A stretch of DNA of 64,000 nucleotides, taken from positions 15,500,001-15,564,000 of the forward strand of contig CM059425.1 of assembly GCA_030390025.1 (NCBI GenBank). Reading direction: 5' to 3'. Both the position numbers and the translations under genes were made by a program. Position 1 is the stretch's first letter. Each line of letters begins with the position of its first letter. The notes below the pieces were generated by a model. The model worked only from the letters and a program-made list of their open reading frames with translations, did no database searches and was not told the origin of the DNA. Of this stretch, positions 47,001 to 59,000 are shown in pieces. The DNA comes from Squalus acanthias. Taxonomy: Eukaryota.

Positions 47001-50000
47001 CTGACACTCACTGTAACTCGAGGTTTGTCTGTGAACAATGGCTACTAGGTCGAGAGGCTAGAGGGTACCTGGCACCTTTGGAACCATAGGTAGTCAACGC
47101 CTTGAAGGCTGATCTGACAAAACCCATCACAAGATCAGGAGCTCCTGCCCTCAGCATGAGGTGGACAGGCCGCTCCTGGAATGGAATGGCAGCTTCAGAT
47201 GGGGTAGGAGCTGGGACCAGCAACTGGGAGGCCTGGGAGGTTTGACCAGCAGCTCGGAACTCATCAGGGAAAGGGGACCAACAGCCAGGACCCATCAGGG
47301 ATTTGGAGAAGGGAGTGAGAAACCATCAGGGGAGCTTGGACGGATAGTCAGGGATCACCGGGGAGCAGGAGCAGCAGGGAGCTGGTAACTGTGCTAGAAA
47401 TGCTCAGGGAGCCGAGAGGTACTAACCCCAACAGGTGCTTGTGAGCCCTTGGGAGATGTTCCCCACTCTGACTGCGAGCAGTTGGGGCAGAGCATTTGAT
47501 CTGTGCCTAGCCTCCTCCCTACAATCTTCAGTCCCCATCCTCACCAGATGTGTGTCCTACTCTTTATAAAGGATCCAGCTGACAATGTTTACCACTGCTA
47601 ATGGCTATAAGTGGGAGGAAGACTTTTCCAATCTACAGTCTTGTAGGAGGTATGCAATTGTGTTGACTCATCCTGCGACCAGAGCTAATTTAAATAATCC
47701 ACAGGCCCCCTCTCGAGCCCTTCAGTATTCTAGTGTCTAACGCAATTCATGAATGCTTGCTTATTTCAGGCAGAATGAAAACTGTGGACATTGCCAACGT
47801 GAGTGATAGTCTGCAAATAGATATTTATAGCTTGCAAGTCAGAAAGACAACAGCAAAGCCTCTTGAAGCAATATGAGAGGGGGTCTCACCAGTTCCAATC
47901 TACTCTCTCATCCAGCCCTCCGGTCCTCTTCAGGAGTGACACCTTAAAGAAAGGAAAACCTGATCAGTTACTTTCTAACTCCCCGAGCTTCCTTGCCGTC
48001 GGCCAGGTGGGTACGGGTTAGGGACTACAGCGCTTTTGCCTATTCGTTTGGCCGTATCGAGCTTGGAACGTCCCACTTAGCACCAGCCAGGAGAGCCAGT
48101 TATCCAGCAGCTCCAGCAAGGAGCCAAGAACATCCACTCAGTTGCACGTGAGCAACACGGCCGTGTTTCGCCCCCCTGGTCCATAGCCCGTCAGCGTTTC
48201 TCTCTTTGCTTCTCCCGTTACATCTGATCCTTTGCAGCTTTACCCAGCTCCTCACTGCCTGGCTTCTCGCCAGTAACAGATTCCTGCTCAGATTCATTCC
48301 TTCTGGCGAAGGGTCCAGTAAGCGATCTGGCTGAGTGGCAATGCCCCATTTACCAAGCAGTGAAATGTTTCATAATAATGTGGTGTGTTTAAGCATCTCG
48401 TATTTTATATATATTTTTATGAACAGTGTCGTCGGGAAAGAACAAGGGAGTGCGGCTAAATGGAGAGCTCTTTCAAGGAGCTGGCACAGGCACGATGGGC
48501 CGAATGGCCTCCTTCTGTGCTGTATCATTCTATGAAGGCAAAAAACACAAGAGACTACACTCAGTAAACCAACGAGAAAGAAGAAACCTCAAAGCATTTC
48601 TTGACACAATGGTCAGACAAGCACAAAAGATTATATCATATAGATACACAGATAGAAAGACAGTTAAAACTCCAACCAAACATACACTGTAAAATGTCAT
48701 CCGAACCCCTCGATTAGATTCCAGCCTGTAACTCACTCCCAGGCATCCATTATTCTATATATAAACCACCTGAACCCCTCGATTAGATTCCAGCCTGTAA
48801 ATCACTCCCAGGCATCCATTATTCTATATATAAACCACCTGAACCCCTCGATTAGATTCCAGCCTGTAACTCACTCCCAGGCATCCATTATTCGATATAT
48901 AAACCATCTGAACCCCTCGATTAGATTCCAGCCTGTAACACACTCCCAGGTATCCATTATTCTATATATAAACCATCCGAGCCCCTCGATTAGATTCCAG
49001 CCTGTAACTCACTCCCAGGTATCCATTATTCTATATATAAACCCCCCCGAACCCCTCGATTAGATTCCAGCCTGTAACTCACTCGCAGGTATCCATTATT
49101 CTATATATGAACCATTTTGAACCCCTCCTAAATCTGTTGAGGGTGAAAGCACCCCAATTAGAAGCACGCCAAATAGAATGCAGGGGAGAGCCGTGAATCA
49201 ATCTTTGCTCCTGTTATGCATTTTAAGCATATTGACAGTTTTAGAACCAGAACTGCACAGGAACAGAAGAGACCGTTGAGGCCCATCTGGTCGAACCCAA
49301 AACTTACAAAAGAAACACCACACACACTGCTCTTTCTCATACCTCAACTGCTTTCTCTGTCAAATATTAATCCCGGGCCCTCTTGAATTTGTTGACTCTA
49401 TCCACTTTCAGAGATAGTCTGTTCGGTGTATTCTACACCTTCTCTGTGTAGTTAAATCTAACATAAGAACATAAGACGTAGGAGCAGGAGTAGGTCATTC
49501 GGCCCCTCGAGCCTGCTCCGCCATTCAATAAGATCATGACTGATCTGATCTTGGCCTCAACTCCACTTCCCTGCCCGCTCCCCATAACCCTTGACTCCCC
49601 TACCATTCAAAAATCTGTCTATCTCCACCTTAAATATATTCAATGACCCAGCCTCCACAGCTCTCTGGGGAAGAGAATTCCAAGATTCACGACCCTCAGA
49701 GAAGAAATTCCTCCTCATTTCTGTTTTAAATGGGTGCCCCCTTTTGGGTGCCTAACCTGCCTGCAAATTCCTGCCCTCATGGTAGAGTTTGCAATTAAAT
49801 CAAACGTATTAAGGGTTCAAATTATCTCTACCTCTCAGAGTCCTGACCCTCTTCCTGCACTAATTCACCTTAAAAGTAGAGTAAAGGGTGTTAATAACCT
49901 AATAATACAAACACTTACTACAGATAGGGAGGAGCGAGGGATTTGAACACCAGGATGAGATTATTTAAATGGGTGGCGTCGGTGGACCAGGAGCCAATGG

Positions 50001-53000
50001 TAGGCCAGCGAGGACAGTGATGGGCGAGCACTCAATAAGGAACAAATACCTCGAGGGCTGGGGACGACTTCTATCATCACCGCTTGTAGTCAAAGTGTAA
50101 ACGTGTGTACAGAGCATGCGCTGTAAACAGCGGATGGTGAAAACTCCCCCCTCGTGTCTGTAGGAGGAACGAGCGAATGCGTGAATTACTCACCAATCCA
50201 GTCACCTTTAAGAAGCGGGTGATTCTCTCGTCAACGGCTGAACCTAAGGGGCACATTTCAACAAAGAGTCACGGCTTTCGCCATCAACAAACTGCTGCAC
50301 TCAACACAGGGCCTGGGATATTACAGGATGTGGAACATGGTACATAAGAAGTAGGAGCAGATGTAGGCCATATAGCCCCTCGGGCCTGCTCCGCCATTCA
50401 ATAGGATCATGGCTGATCCGAACCTAGACTCACGTCCACTTCCCTGCCCGCTCCCCATAACCCTTAATTCCCTTATCAGCTAGGAAACTGTCTATCTCCG
50501 TTTTAAATTTATTTAATGTCGCAGCTTCCACAGCTCTCTGAGGTAGCAAATTCCATAGATTTACTACCCTCTGAGTGAAGAAGTTTCTCCTCATCTCAGT
50601 TTTGAAACGGCAGCCCCTTATTCTAAGATTATGCCCCCTAGTTCTAGTCTCACCCATCAGTGGAAACATCCTCCCCGCCTCCACCCGATCAAGCCCCCTC
50701 ACAATCTTATATGTTTCGATAAGATCGCCTCTCATTCTTCTGAATTCCAATGAGTAGAGGCCCAACCTACTCAACCTTTCCTCATAAGTCAACCCCCTCA
50801 TCTCCGGAATCAACCGAGTGAACCTTCTCTGAACTGCCTCGAGAGCAAGTATATCTTTTCTTAAATATGGAAACCAAAACTGTGCACAGTATTCCAGGTG
50901 TGGCCTCACCAGTACCTTGTACAACTGAAGCAAGACTTCCCTGCTTTTATACTCCATCCCCCTTGCAATAAAAGCCAAGATTCCATTGGCCTTCCTGATC
51001 ACCTGCTGTACCTGCATACTAACCTTCTGTGTTTCATGCACCAGGACCCCCAGATCCCTTTGTACTGTAGCACTTTGCAGTTCCTTTCCATTTAGATAAT
51101 AACTTGCTCTTTGATTTTTTCTGCCAAAGTGCATAACCTCACACTTTCCAACATTATATTCTATCTGCCAAATTTCTGCCCACTCACTTAGCCTGTCTAT
51201 GTCCTTTTGCAGGTTTTTTATGTCCTCCTCACTCACTGCTTTTCCTCCCATCTTTGTATCGTCAGCAAAACTTGGATACGTTGCACTTGGTCCCCTCCTC
51301 CAAATCGTTAATATAGATTGTAAAGAGTTGGGGTCCCAGCACTGACCCTTGCGGAACACCACTAGTTACTGATTGCCAACCCGAGAATGAACCATTTATC
51401 CCAACTCTCTCTTTTCTGTTAGATAGCCAATCTTCCACCCATGCCAGTATATTACCCCCAATCCCGTGATTTTTTATCTTGTGCAGTAATCTTTTGTGTG
51501 GCACCTTATCAAATGCCTTTTGGAAGTCCAAATACACCGCATCCACTGGTTCCCCTTTATTCACCCTGTTTGTTACATCCTCAAAGAATTCGAGCAAATT
51601 TGTCAAGCATGATTTCCCCTTCATAAAACCATGCTGACTCTGTCCGATTAAATTATGCTTATCCAAATGTCCTGTTACTGCTTTCTTAATAATGGACTCC
51701 AACATTTTACCAACCACAGATGTTAGGCTAACTGGTCTATAGTTTCCAGCCTTTTGTCTACCTCCCTTTTTAAATAAGGGCGTTACATTAGCAGTTTTCC
51801 AATCTGCTGGGACCTTTCCCGAATCCAGGGAGTTTTGGAAAATTACCACCAATGCATCCGCAATCCCTACCGCTGCTTCTCTCAAGACCCTAGGATGTAA
51901 GCCATCAGGTCCAGGGGATTTATCCGCCTTAAGTCCCATTATCTTACCGAGTACCATCTCCTTAGTGATTTTAATCGTGTTTAGCTCCTCCCCCCCTATA
52001 GCCCCCCGTTTGTCCAGTGTTGGGATATTTTTAGTATCCTCTACTGTAAAGACTGATACAAAATATTTGTTCAGCGTATTTGCCATCTCCGTGTTCCCCA
52101 CTACTAATTTCCCGGTCTCGTCCTCTAAGGGACCAACATTCACTTTAGCCACCCTTTTTCTTTTTATATAACTGTCGAAACTCTTGCTATCTGTTTTTAT
52201 ATTTTTTGCTAGTTTACTTTCATAATCTATCTTCCCCCTTCTTAATTCATCTTTTAGTTATTCTTTGCTGGCTTTTAAATGCTTCCCAATCTTCTATCCT
52301 CCCACTAGATTTGGCTACTTTATATGCCCTTGTTTTCAGTCGGATACTATCCTTTATTACTTTACTTAGCCACGGATGGCTGTCTTTTCTTTTACGCCCC
52401 TTTTTCCTCAGTGGAATATATTTTTCTTGAAAGTTGTGAAATACCTCCTTGAATGTACACCACTGCTCCTGTACCGTCTTACACCTTAATCTATTTTCCC
52501 AGTCCACTTTAGTCAACTCTGCTCTCATACCTTCATAGTCTCCTTTATTTAAGCTTAGTACGCTGGTTTGAGATCCAACTCTCTCACCCTCCAACTGAAT
52601 TTGGAATTCAACCATGTTATGGTCACTCATTCCAAGGGGATCCTTTACTAGGACATTTTTTATTAATCCTGTCTCATTACACAGGACCATATCTAAGATT
52701 GCCTGCCCCCTGGTTGGTTCAGTAACATACTGCTCAAGGAACCCGTCCCTAATGCACTCTATGAACTCTTCCTCAAGGCTGCCCTGCCCAATTTGATTTG
52801 TCCAGTCAATATGAAAGTTAAAATCTCCCATGATTATAGCTGTTCCCTTATTACAAGCCCCAACTATTTCCTGATTTATACTCCGACCAATAGAGTTACA
52901 ACTGTTAGGAGGCCTATAGACTACGCCCACTAGTGAGTTTTTCCCCTTATTATTCCTTATCTCCACCCAAACTGTTTCACTATCCTGATCCTTTGACCCA

Positions 53001-56000
53001 ATATCATTTCTCACTATTGCAGTGATTCCATCCTTTATTAACATAGCCACCCCACCTCCCTTTCCTTCCTGTCTGTCCTTCCTAATAGTCAAATACCCCT
53101 GGATGTTTAGTTCCCAGTCATGGTCACCTCGCAGCCATGTTTCTGTAATGGCCACCAGATCATACCCATGTGTAGTTATTTGTACCGTCAACTCGTCTAT
53201 TTTGTTACGAATGCTGCGTGCATTCAGATAAAGAACTTTTAAACATGTTTTGTGACAATTTATTCCTGCTTTTACCCCCTTTACTACTTTACCTTTATCT
53301 TTATATATTCTGTCCCTTCCTGACACGCTCTGGTTTTTAATTTCTCCACTGCTAATTTGCTCTGTTGCCTTCTCTGCTGACATTTTTATTCTTCGCTCTC
53401 TTGAAACCTCCCCCCCACTAATTAGTTTAAAACCCTCTCTACAGCCCTAGTTATTCGATTCGCCAGGATTCTAGTCCCAGCACTGGCCAAGTGAAGTCCG
53501 TCCCAACGGAACAGCTCTCTCCCGCCCCAGTACTGGTGCAAGTGTCCCAAGAAGCAAAACCCATTTCTCCCACACCAGTCTTTGAGCCACGCATTTAACT
53601 CTCTGATTTTATTTACCCTAGCCAAATTTGCTCGTGGCTCAGGTAGTAATCCAGAGATTATTACCCTTGTGGTTCTGCTTTTTAATTTGGCCCCTAGCTG
53701 CTCATACTCCCTCAGCAGAACCTCTTTCCTTGTCCTATCTATGTCGTTGGTACCAACATGGACCACGACAACTGGATCCTCCCCCTCCCACTCCAAATTT
53801 CTCTCCAGCCCAGAGGAGATGTCCTTAACCCTGGCACCGGGCAGGCAACACAACCTTCGGAACTCTCGCTCTCGGCTGCAAAGAACCCTATCTATCCCCC
53901 TTATGATACTATCCCCTACCACTACAACATTTCTTTTTACTCCCCCCACTTGAATGGCTCCACGGTGCTGTGGCCAGGTTGCTCATCCTCCCTGCAGTCC
54001 CTGCTCCCGTCCTCACAGGGAGTAAGAGCCTCGAACCTGTTGGACAAGAGCAAGGGCCGCGGCTCCTCCAACACTACCTCCTGGATCCCCGTACCTGCCT
54101 CACTCATAGTCACACCCTCCTGTCCCTGACCACGGACTACATCTGAATTAGTTAATCTAATTGGTGTGACTACTTCCTGGAACACAGAGTCCAGGTAACT
54201 CTCCCCCTCCCTGATGTGTCGCAGTGTTTGAAGCTCGGACTCCAGCTCATCAACACGGAGCCGGAGTTCCTCAAGCAGCCAACACTTACTGCAAATGTGA
54301 TCACCGTGAGCATCAATGGTGTCCACCAGCTCCCACATATTGCAGCAGCAACACATCACCTGCTCTCCCATTCTATGTAATTAATTAAATTTACTAATAT
54401 TTTTTAAATACCCTCTGCCCCGCCTGATGAATATCACACCTTAGAAACTATAAACCACAGAGTTTAAGTTTAAAAAGAGAGAAATACTCACCAACCAATT
54501 ACTTACCTGCTTTCTGGTGACGTCACACCTCGATTATTTTTTACCTCTCTCCCTCCCTCCGAGTTCGGAGACTTGTCCCGCCTTACCTGGTCTCTGGAGC
54601 CTTTTAAACCCTCTGCCGCCGCCTCGCCTCACGCAAGTCCGCCGCCGCACCAGGAAGCTGACGAAGATGGAAAAAGGAAGGAACACCTCCCTCCCCGAAC
54701 TCCCTCACTCACCAAACTCGCAGCTTAACACTCTGTTCCAATCTGCACTCCGTGACAAACTGCAATCTAGTCTCCCTTATTTATACTGCTGAGATTTAAA
54801 TAAGTGAGCTCTCTGGCAGTTACAGAACCAGATTAGACCAGTTAATTAATTAATTACTCTCACCTGCTCTCCAGCACAGAGCTTGCTTAGCCCTGCCCAA
54901 GCCTGGAAGAAACTTGAAACAGTAAATTTAAATGCTAATTGCAAGCACACAAGACTAGAATTTATAAAAATAAGAGATTAACCTTTAAGATTTACGCCCT
55001 CACTCACCAAACTCGCAGCTTAACATACCTGGAATGGGGTAGATTTCCTTCAAAGGATAAATCACCTGTTCAAAGAAACATACAAAATCATGAACATTTT
55101 TACCAACTGATTCCAGGGCAGCACATTGCAATTGTCTTCTCCTTCCCTCTGTGCCCTGGGAACCTCACACTTTCCCTCGCCCTACCCAGTGCCCCCACTC
55201 TCCCAGTCCAGTGATCCCACTCTCCCTGCCTCCCTCCCTCCCTGCCTGCCCAGTGCTCCCACTCTCCCTCCCTCCCTGCCTGCCCAGTGCTCCCACTCTC
55301 CCTCCCTCCCTGCCTGCCCAGTGCTCCCACTCTCCCTGACTCCCTCCCTCCCTGCCCAGTGCTCCCACTCTCCCTGCCTGCCCAGTGCTCCCACTTTCCC
55401 TGCCTCCCTCCCTCCCTGCCTGCCTGCCCAGTGCTCCCACTCTCTCCCTCCCTCCCCAATGCTCCCACTCTCCCTCCCTACCTGCCTGCCCAGTGCTCCC
55501 ACACTCTCCCTCCCTCATGCTCCCTCCGTTCCTCCCCGGTGCTCCCACTCTCCCTCCCTCCCTGCCCAGCGCTCCCACTCTCCTGCCCAGTGCTCCCACT
55601 CTCCCTCTCTCCCAGTCTAGTGATCCCACTCTCCCTGCCACCCTCCCTGCCTGCCCAGTGCTCCCACTCTCCCTCTCTCCCTGCCCCCGTGCTCCCACTC
55701 TCCCTCTCTCCCTGCCCCCGTGCTCCCACTCTCCCTCTCTCCCTCTCTCCCTCTCTCCCTCTCTCCCTCTCTCCCTCTCTCCCCTCTCTCCCTCTCTCCC
55801 TGCCCCCGTGCTCCCACTCTCCCTCTCTCCCTGCCCCCGTGCTCCCACTCTCCCTCTCTCCCTGCCCCCGTGCTCCCACTCTCCCTCTCTCCCTGCCCCC
55901 GTGCTCCCACTCTCCCTCTCTCCCTGCCCCCGTGCTCCCACTCTCCCTCTCTCCCTGCCCCCGTGCTCCCACTCTCCCTCTCTCCCTGCCCCCGTGCTCC

Positions 56001-59000
56001 CACTCTCCCTCTCTCCCTGCCCCCGTGCTCCCACTCTCCCTCTCTCCCTGCCCCCGTGCTCCCACTCTCCCTCTCTCCCTGCCCCCGTGCTCCCACTCTC
56101 CCTCTCTCCCTGCCCCCGTGCTCCCACTCTCCCTCTCTCCCTGCCCCCGTGCTCCCACTCTCCCTCCCTGCCCCCGTGCTCCCACTCTCCCTCCCTGCCC
56201 CCGTGCTCCCACTCTCCCTCCCTGCCCCCGTGCTCCCACTCTCCCTCCCTGCCCCCGTGCTCCCACTCTCCCTCCCTGCCCCCGTGCTCCCACTCTCCCT
56301 CCCTGCCCCCGTGCTCCCACTCTCCCTCCCTGCCCCCGTGCTCCCACTCTCCCTGCCCCCGTGCTCCCACTCTCCCTGCCCCAGTGCTCCCACTCTCCCT
56401 GCCCCAGTGCTCCCACTCTCCCTGCCCCAGTGCTCCCACTCTCCCTGCCCCAGTGCTCCCACTCTCCCTGCCCCAGTGCTCCCACTCTCCCTGCCCCAGT
56501 GCTCCCACTCTCCCTGCCCCAGTGCTCCCACTCTCCCTGCCCCAGTGCTCCCACTCTCCCTGCCCCAGTGCTCCCACTCTCCCTGCCCCAGTGCTCCCAC
56601 TCTCCCTGCCCCAGTGCTCCCACTCTCCCTGCCCCAGTGCTCCCACTCTCCCTGCCCCAGTGCTCCCACTCTCCCTGCCCCAGTGCTCCCACTCTCCCAC
56701 TCACCTTCTCTCCCCGCTCTGGGGATGCCTCCCTCTCCAGCTGCCCTCCCACTCAATTCCTCTTTCTCTGGGACTCTGGTTCTGTTTGGGGCTCCCGCTG
56801 TCCCTTAGACTGGATAGGTGGATGAAGGAACGGGGATAAAGGGATATGGGATAAGGGCGAGTGTGACCAGGGCTATTCACTCGTATGAAGGGTGAACGCT
56901 GCCAAGGGTTGAATGGCCTGTTTCCTTTTTGTAACTTCAATGATTTTCTATGTAAGTAGTCAGTGAAGGTTGTTAAAGTGAGCATGAATGGAGATACAAG
57001 GAAACCCCTTTAGCAGCTGATGAACATGGTCAGGGTCATATGACAGGGGGCCTGTAATGGAAAGGGCTCCTTCCACATCTGACATGGCAGAATATTCAAC
57101 GTCATAAATATCCAGGGTGGCGCCACCACCCCACCCCCTCCGCCCGGCCCCAACCCCGCCGCCCGGCCCCACCCCCTCCGCCCTCCCCCACCCCCCTCCC
57201 CCATCCCCTCCGCCCTCCCCCGCCCGGCCCCACACCCCCCGCCCAGCCCCACACCCCCCGCCCGGCCCCACACCCCCACACCCTCCGCCCCCCCCCCACA
57301 TTCCCCCACCCCCCCCACTCCCCCCCCCCCCCCACATCCCCCCCCCCCCCCCCCCCCCCCCCCCCCATTCCCCCACCCCCCCCCCCCCCACATCCCCCCC
57401 CCCCCCCCCATTCCCCCACCCCCCCCCCCCACATTCCCCCACCCCCCCCCCACATCCCCCACCCCCCCCCCCCCACATCCCCCACCCCCCCCCCCCCACA
57501 TCCCCCCCCCCCCCCCCCCACACCCCCCCCCCCCCACCCCCCCCCCACACCCCCCCCCCCCATTCCCCCACCCCCCCCCCCCCCCACATTCCCCCACCCC
57601 CCCCCCCCACATTCCCCACCCGGCCCCACCCCCTCCGCCCCCCCCCACATTCCACCACTCCCTCCGCCCAGCCCCACCCCCTCCGCCCGGCCCCACATTC
57701 CCCCACCCCCTCCACCCCCCCCACATCCTCCGCCCAGCCCCACCCCCTCCACATCCTCCGCCCAGCCCCACTCCCTCCGCCCCCCCCACATTCCCCCAAT
57801 CCCTCCGCCCGGCCCCACTCCCCCACTCCCTCCGCCCGGCCCCACTCCCCCACTCCCTCCGCCCGGCCCCACTCCCCCAGCCCGGCCCCACACCCCTCCG
57901 CCCGGCCCCACTCCCCCCGCCCGGCCCCACTCCCCCACATTCCCCCACACCCCCTGCCCCCCCATTTCCTCTCTCGCCGCCCCTCCTCCTCCCCCGCACC
58001 ACCCTACTCCCCCACACCTACTCCCCCCCATCCCCCTCTGGCTAGGCTCACGACATAAACCATCGTTTTACCTGTTCTCGGAGGGTTCCATCGGTGAAAT
58101 ACGGTCTCTGGGGAAGAAAGAGAATTCCACGGGGCCCAAAGCAAGTCAGCATGCGGACAGACCCTGCAAACAAAGAGCGCGGCATTTCAACAACACGTCT
58201 TCTCAATTCAACGACGGCGCACGTGATCCAAGAACCAATGGTCTTAAGAGAATTATAAAAACGTAGCTGCAAGGCCCTTTATGCTGCTGAGCTGCTGGCT
58301 AGCAGCTGTACTATCGTGTCTGTCTCTCCTGTCCCTGTGGGAGTGCGGTGGGGGGGGGGGGGGGCAGAGGAGGCAGTTACCCCCTCGCCTGTTGGCCGGG
58401 CCTGGGGGGAGCTTGCCCACCCAGCAGGTGGTGTTTAGCCGGTGAGGTAGCGACGTCAGGCAGTAGCAGAGCTCATAAGAAATAGGAGCAGGAGTCGGCT
58501 ATTCGGCCCTTTGAGCCTGCTCCGCCGTTCAATGAGATCATGGCTGATCTTCTGCCTCAACTCCATTCACCGGCCCTATCACCATATCCCTTGATGCCCT
58601 TACTAGTCAGAAATCTATCGACTTCTGTTTTGAATATACCCAATGACTGAGCCTCCACAGCCCTCTGGGGTAGAGAATTCCAAAGATTCACCACCCTCTG
58701 TGTGAAGAAATTTCTTCTCATCTCAGTCCTGAATGGCCTACCCTTTATCCTGAGGCTGTGGCCCCCTGGCTCTAGACTCCCCAGCCAAGGGAAACATTCT
58801 CCCAGCATCCACCCTATCAAGCCCTGTAATAATTTTGTATGCTTCAATGAGATCCCCTCTCATTCTTCTAAATTCAAGAGAATACAGGCCTAGTTTACTC
58901 AATCTCTTCTCATACGACAGTCCCGCCATCCCAGGAATCAGTATGGTGAACCTTTGTTGCACTCCCTCTATGGCAAGTATACCCTTCCTTAGGAGACCAA

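Noticed and set aside
55100..58058. Many long Gly- or Pro-rich ORFs (also 40005-40703)
   Set aside because: Low-complexity C/G-rich repeats lack stop codons by composition.
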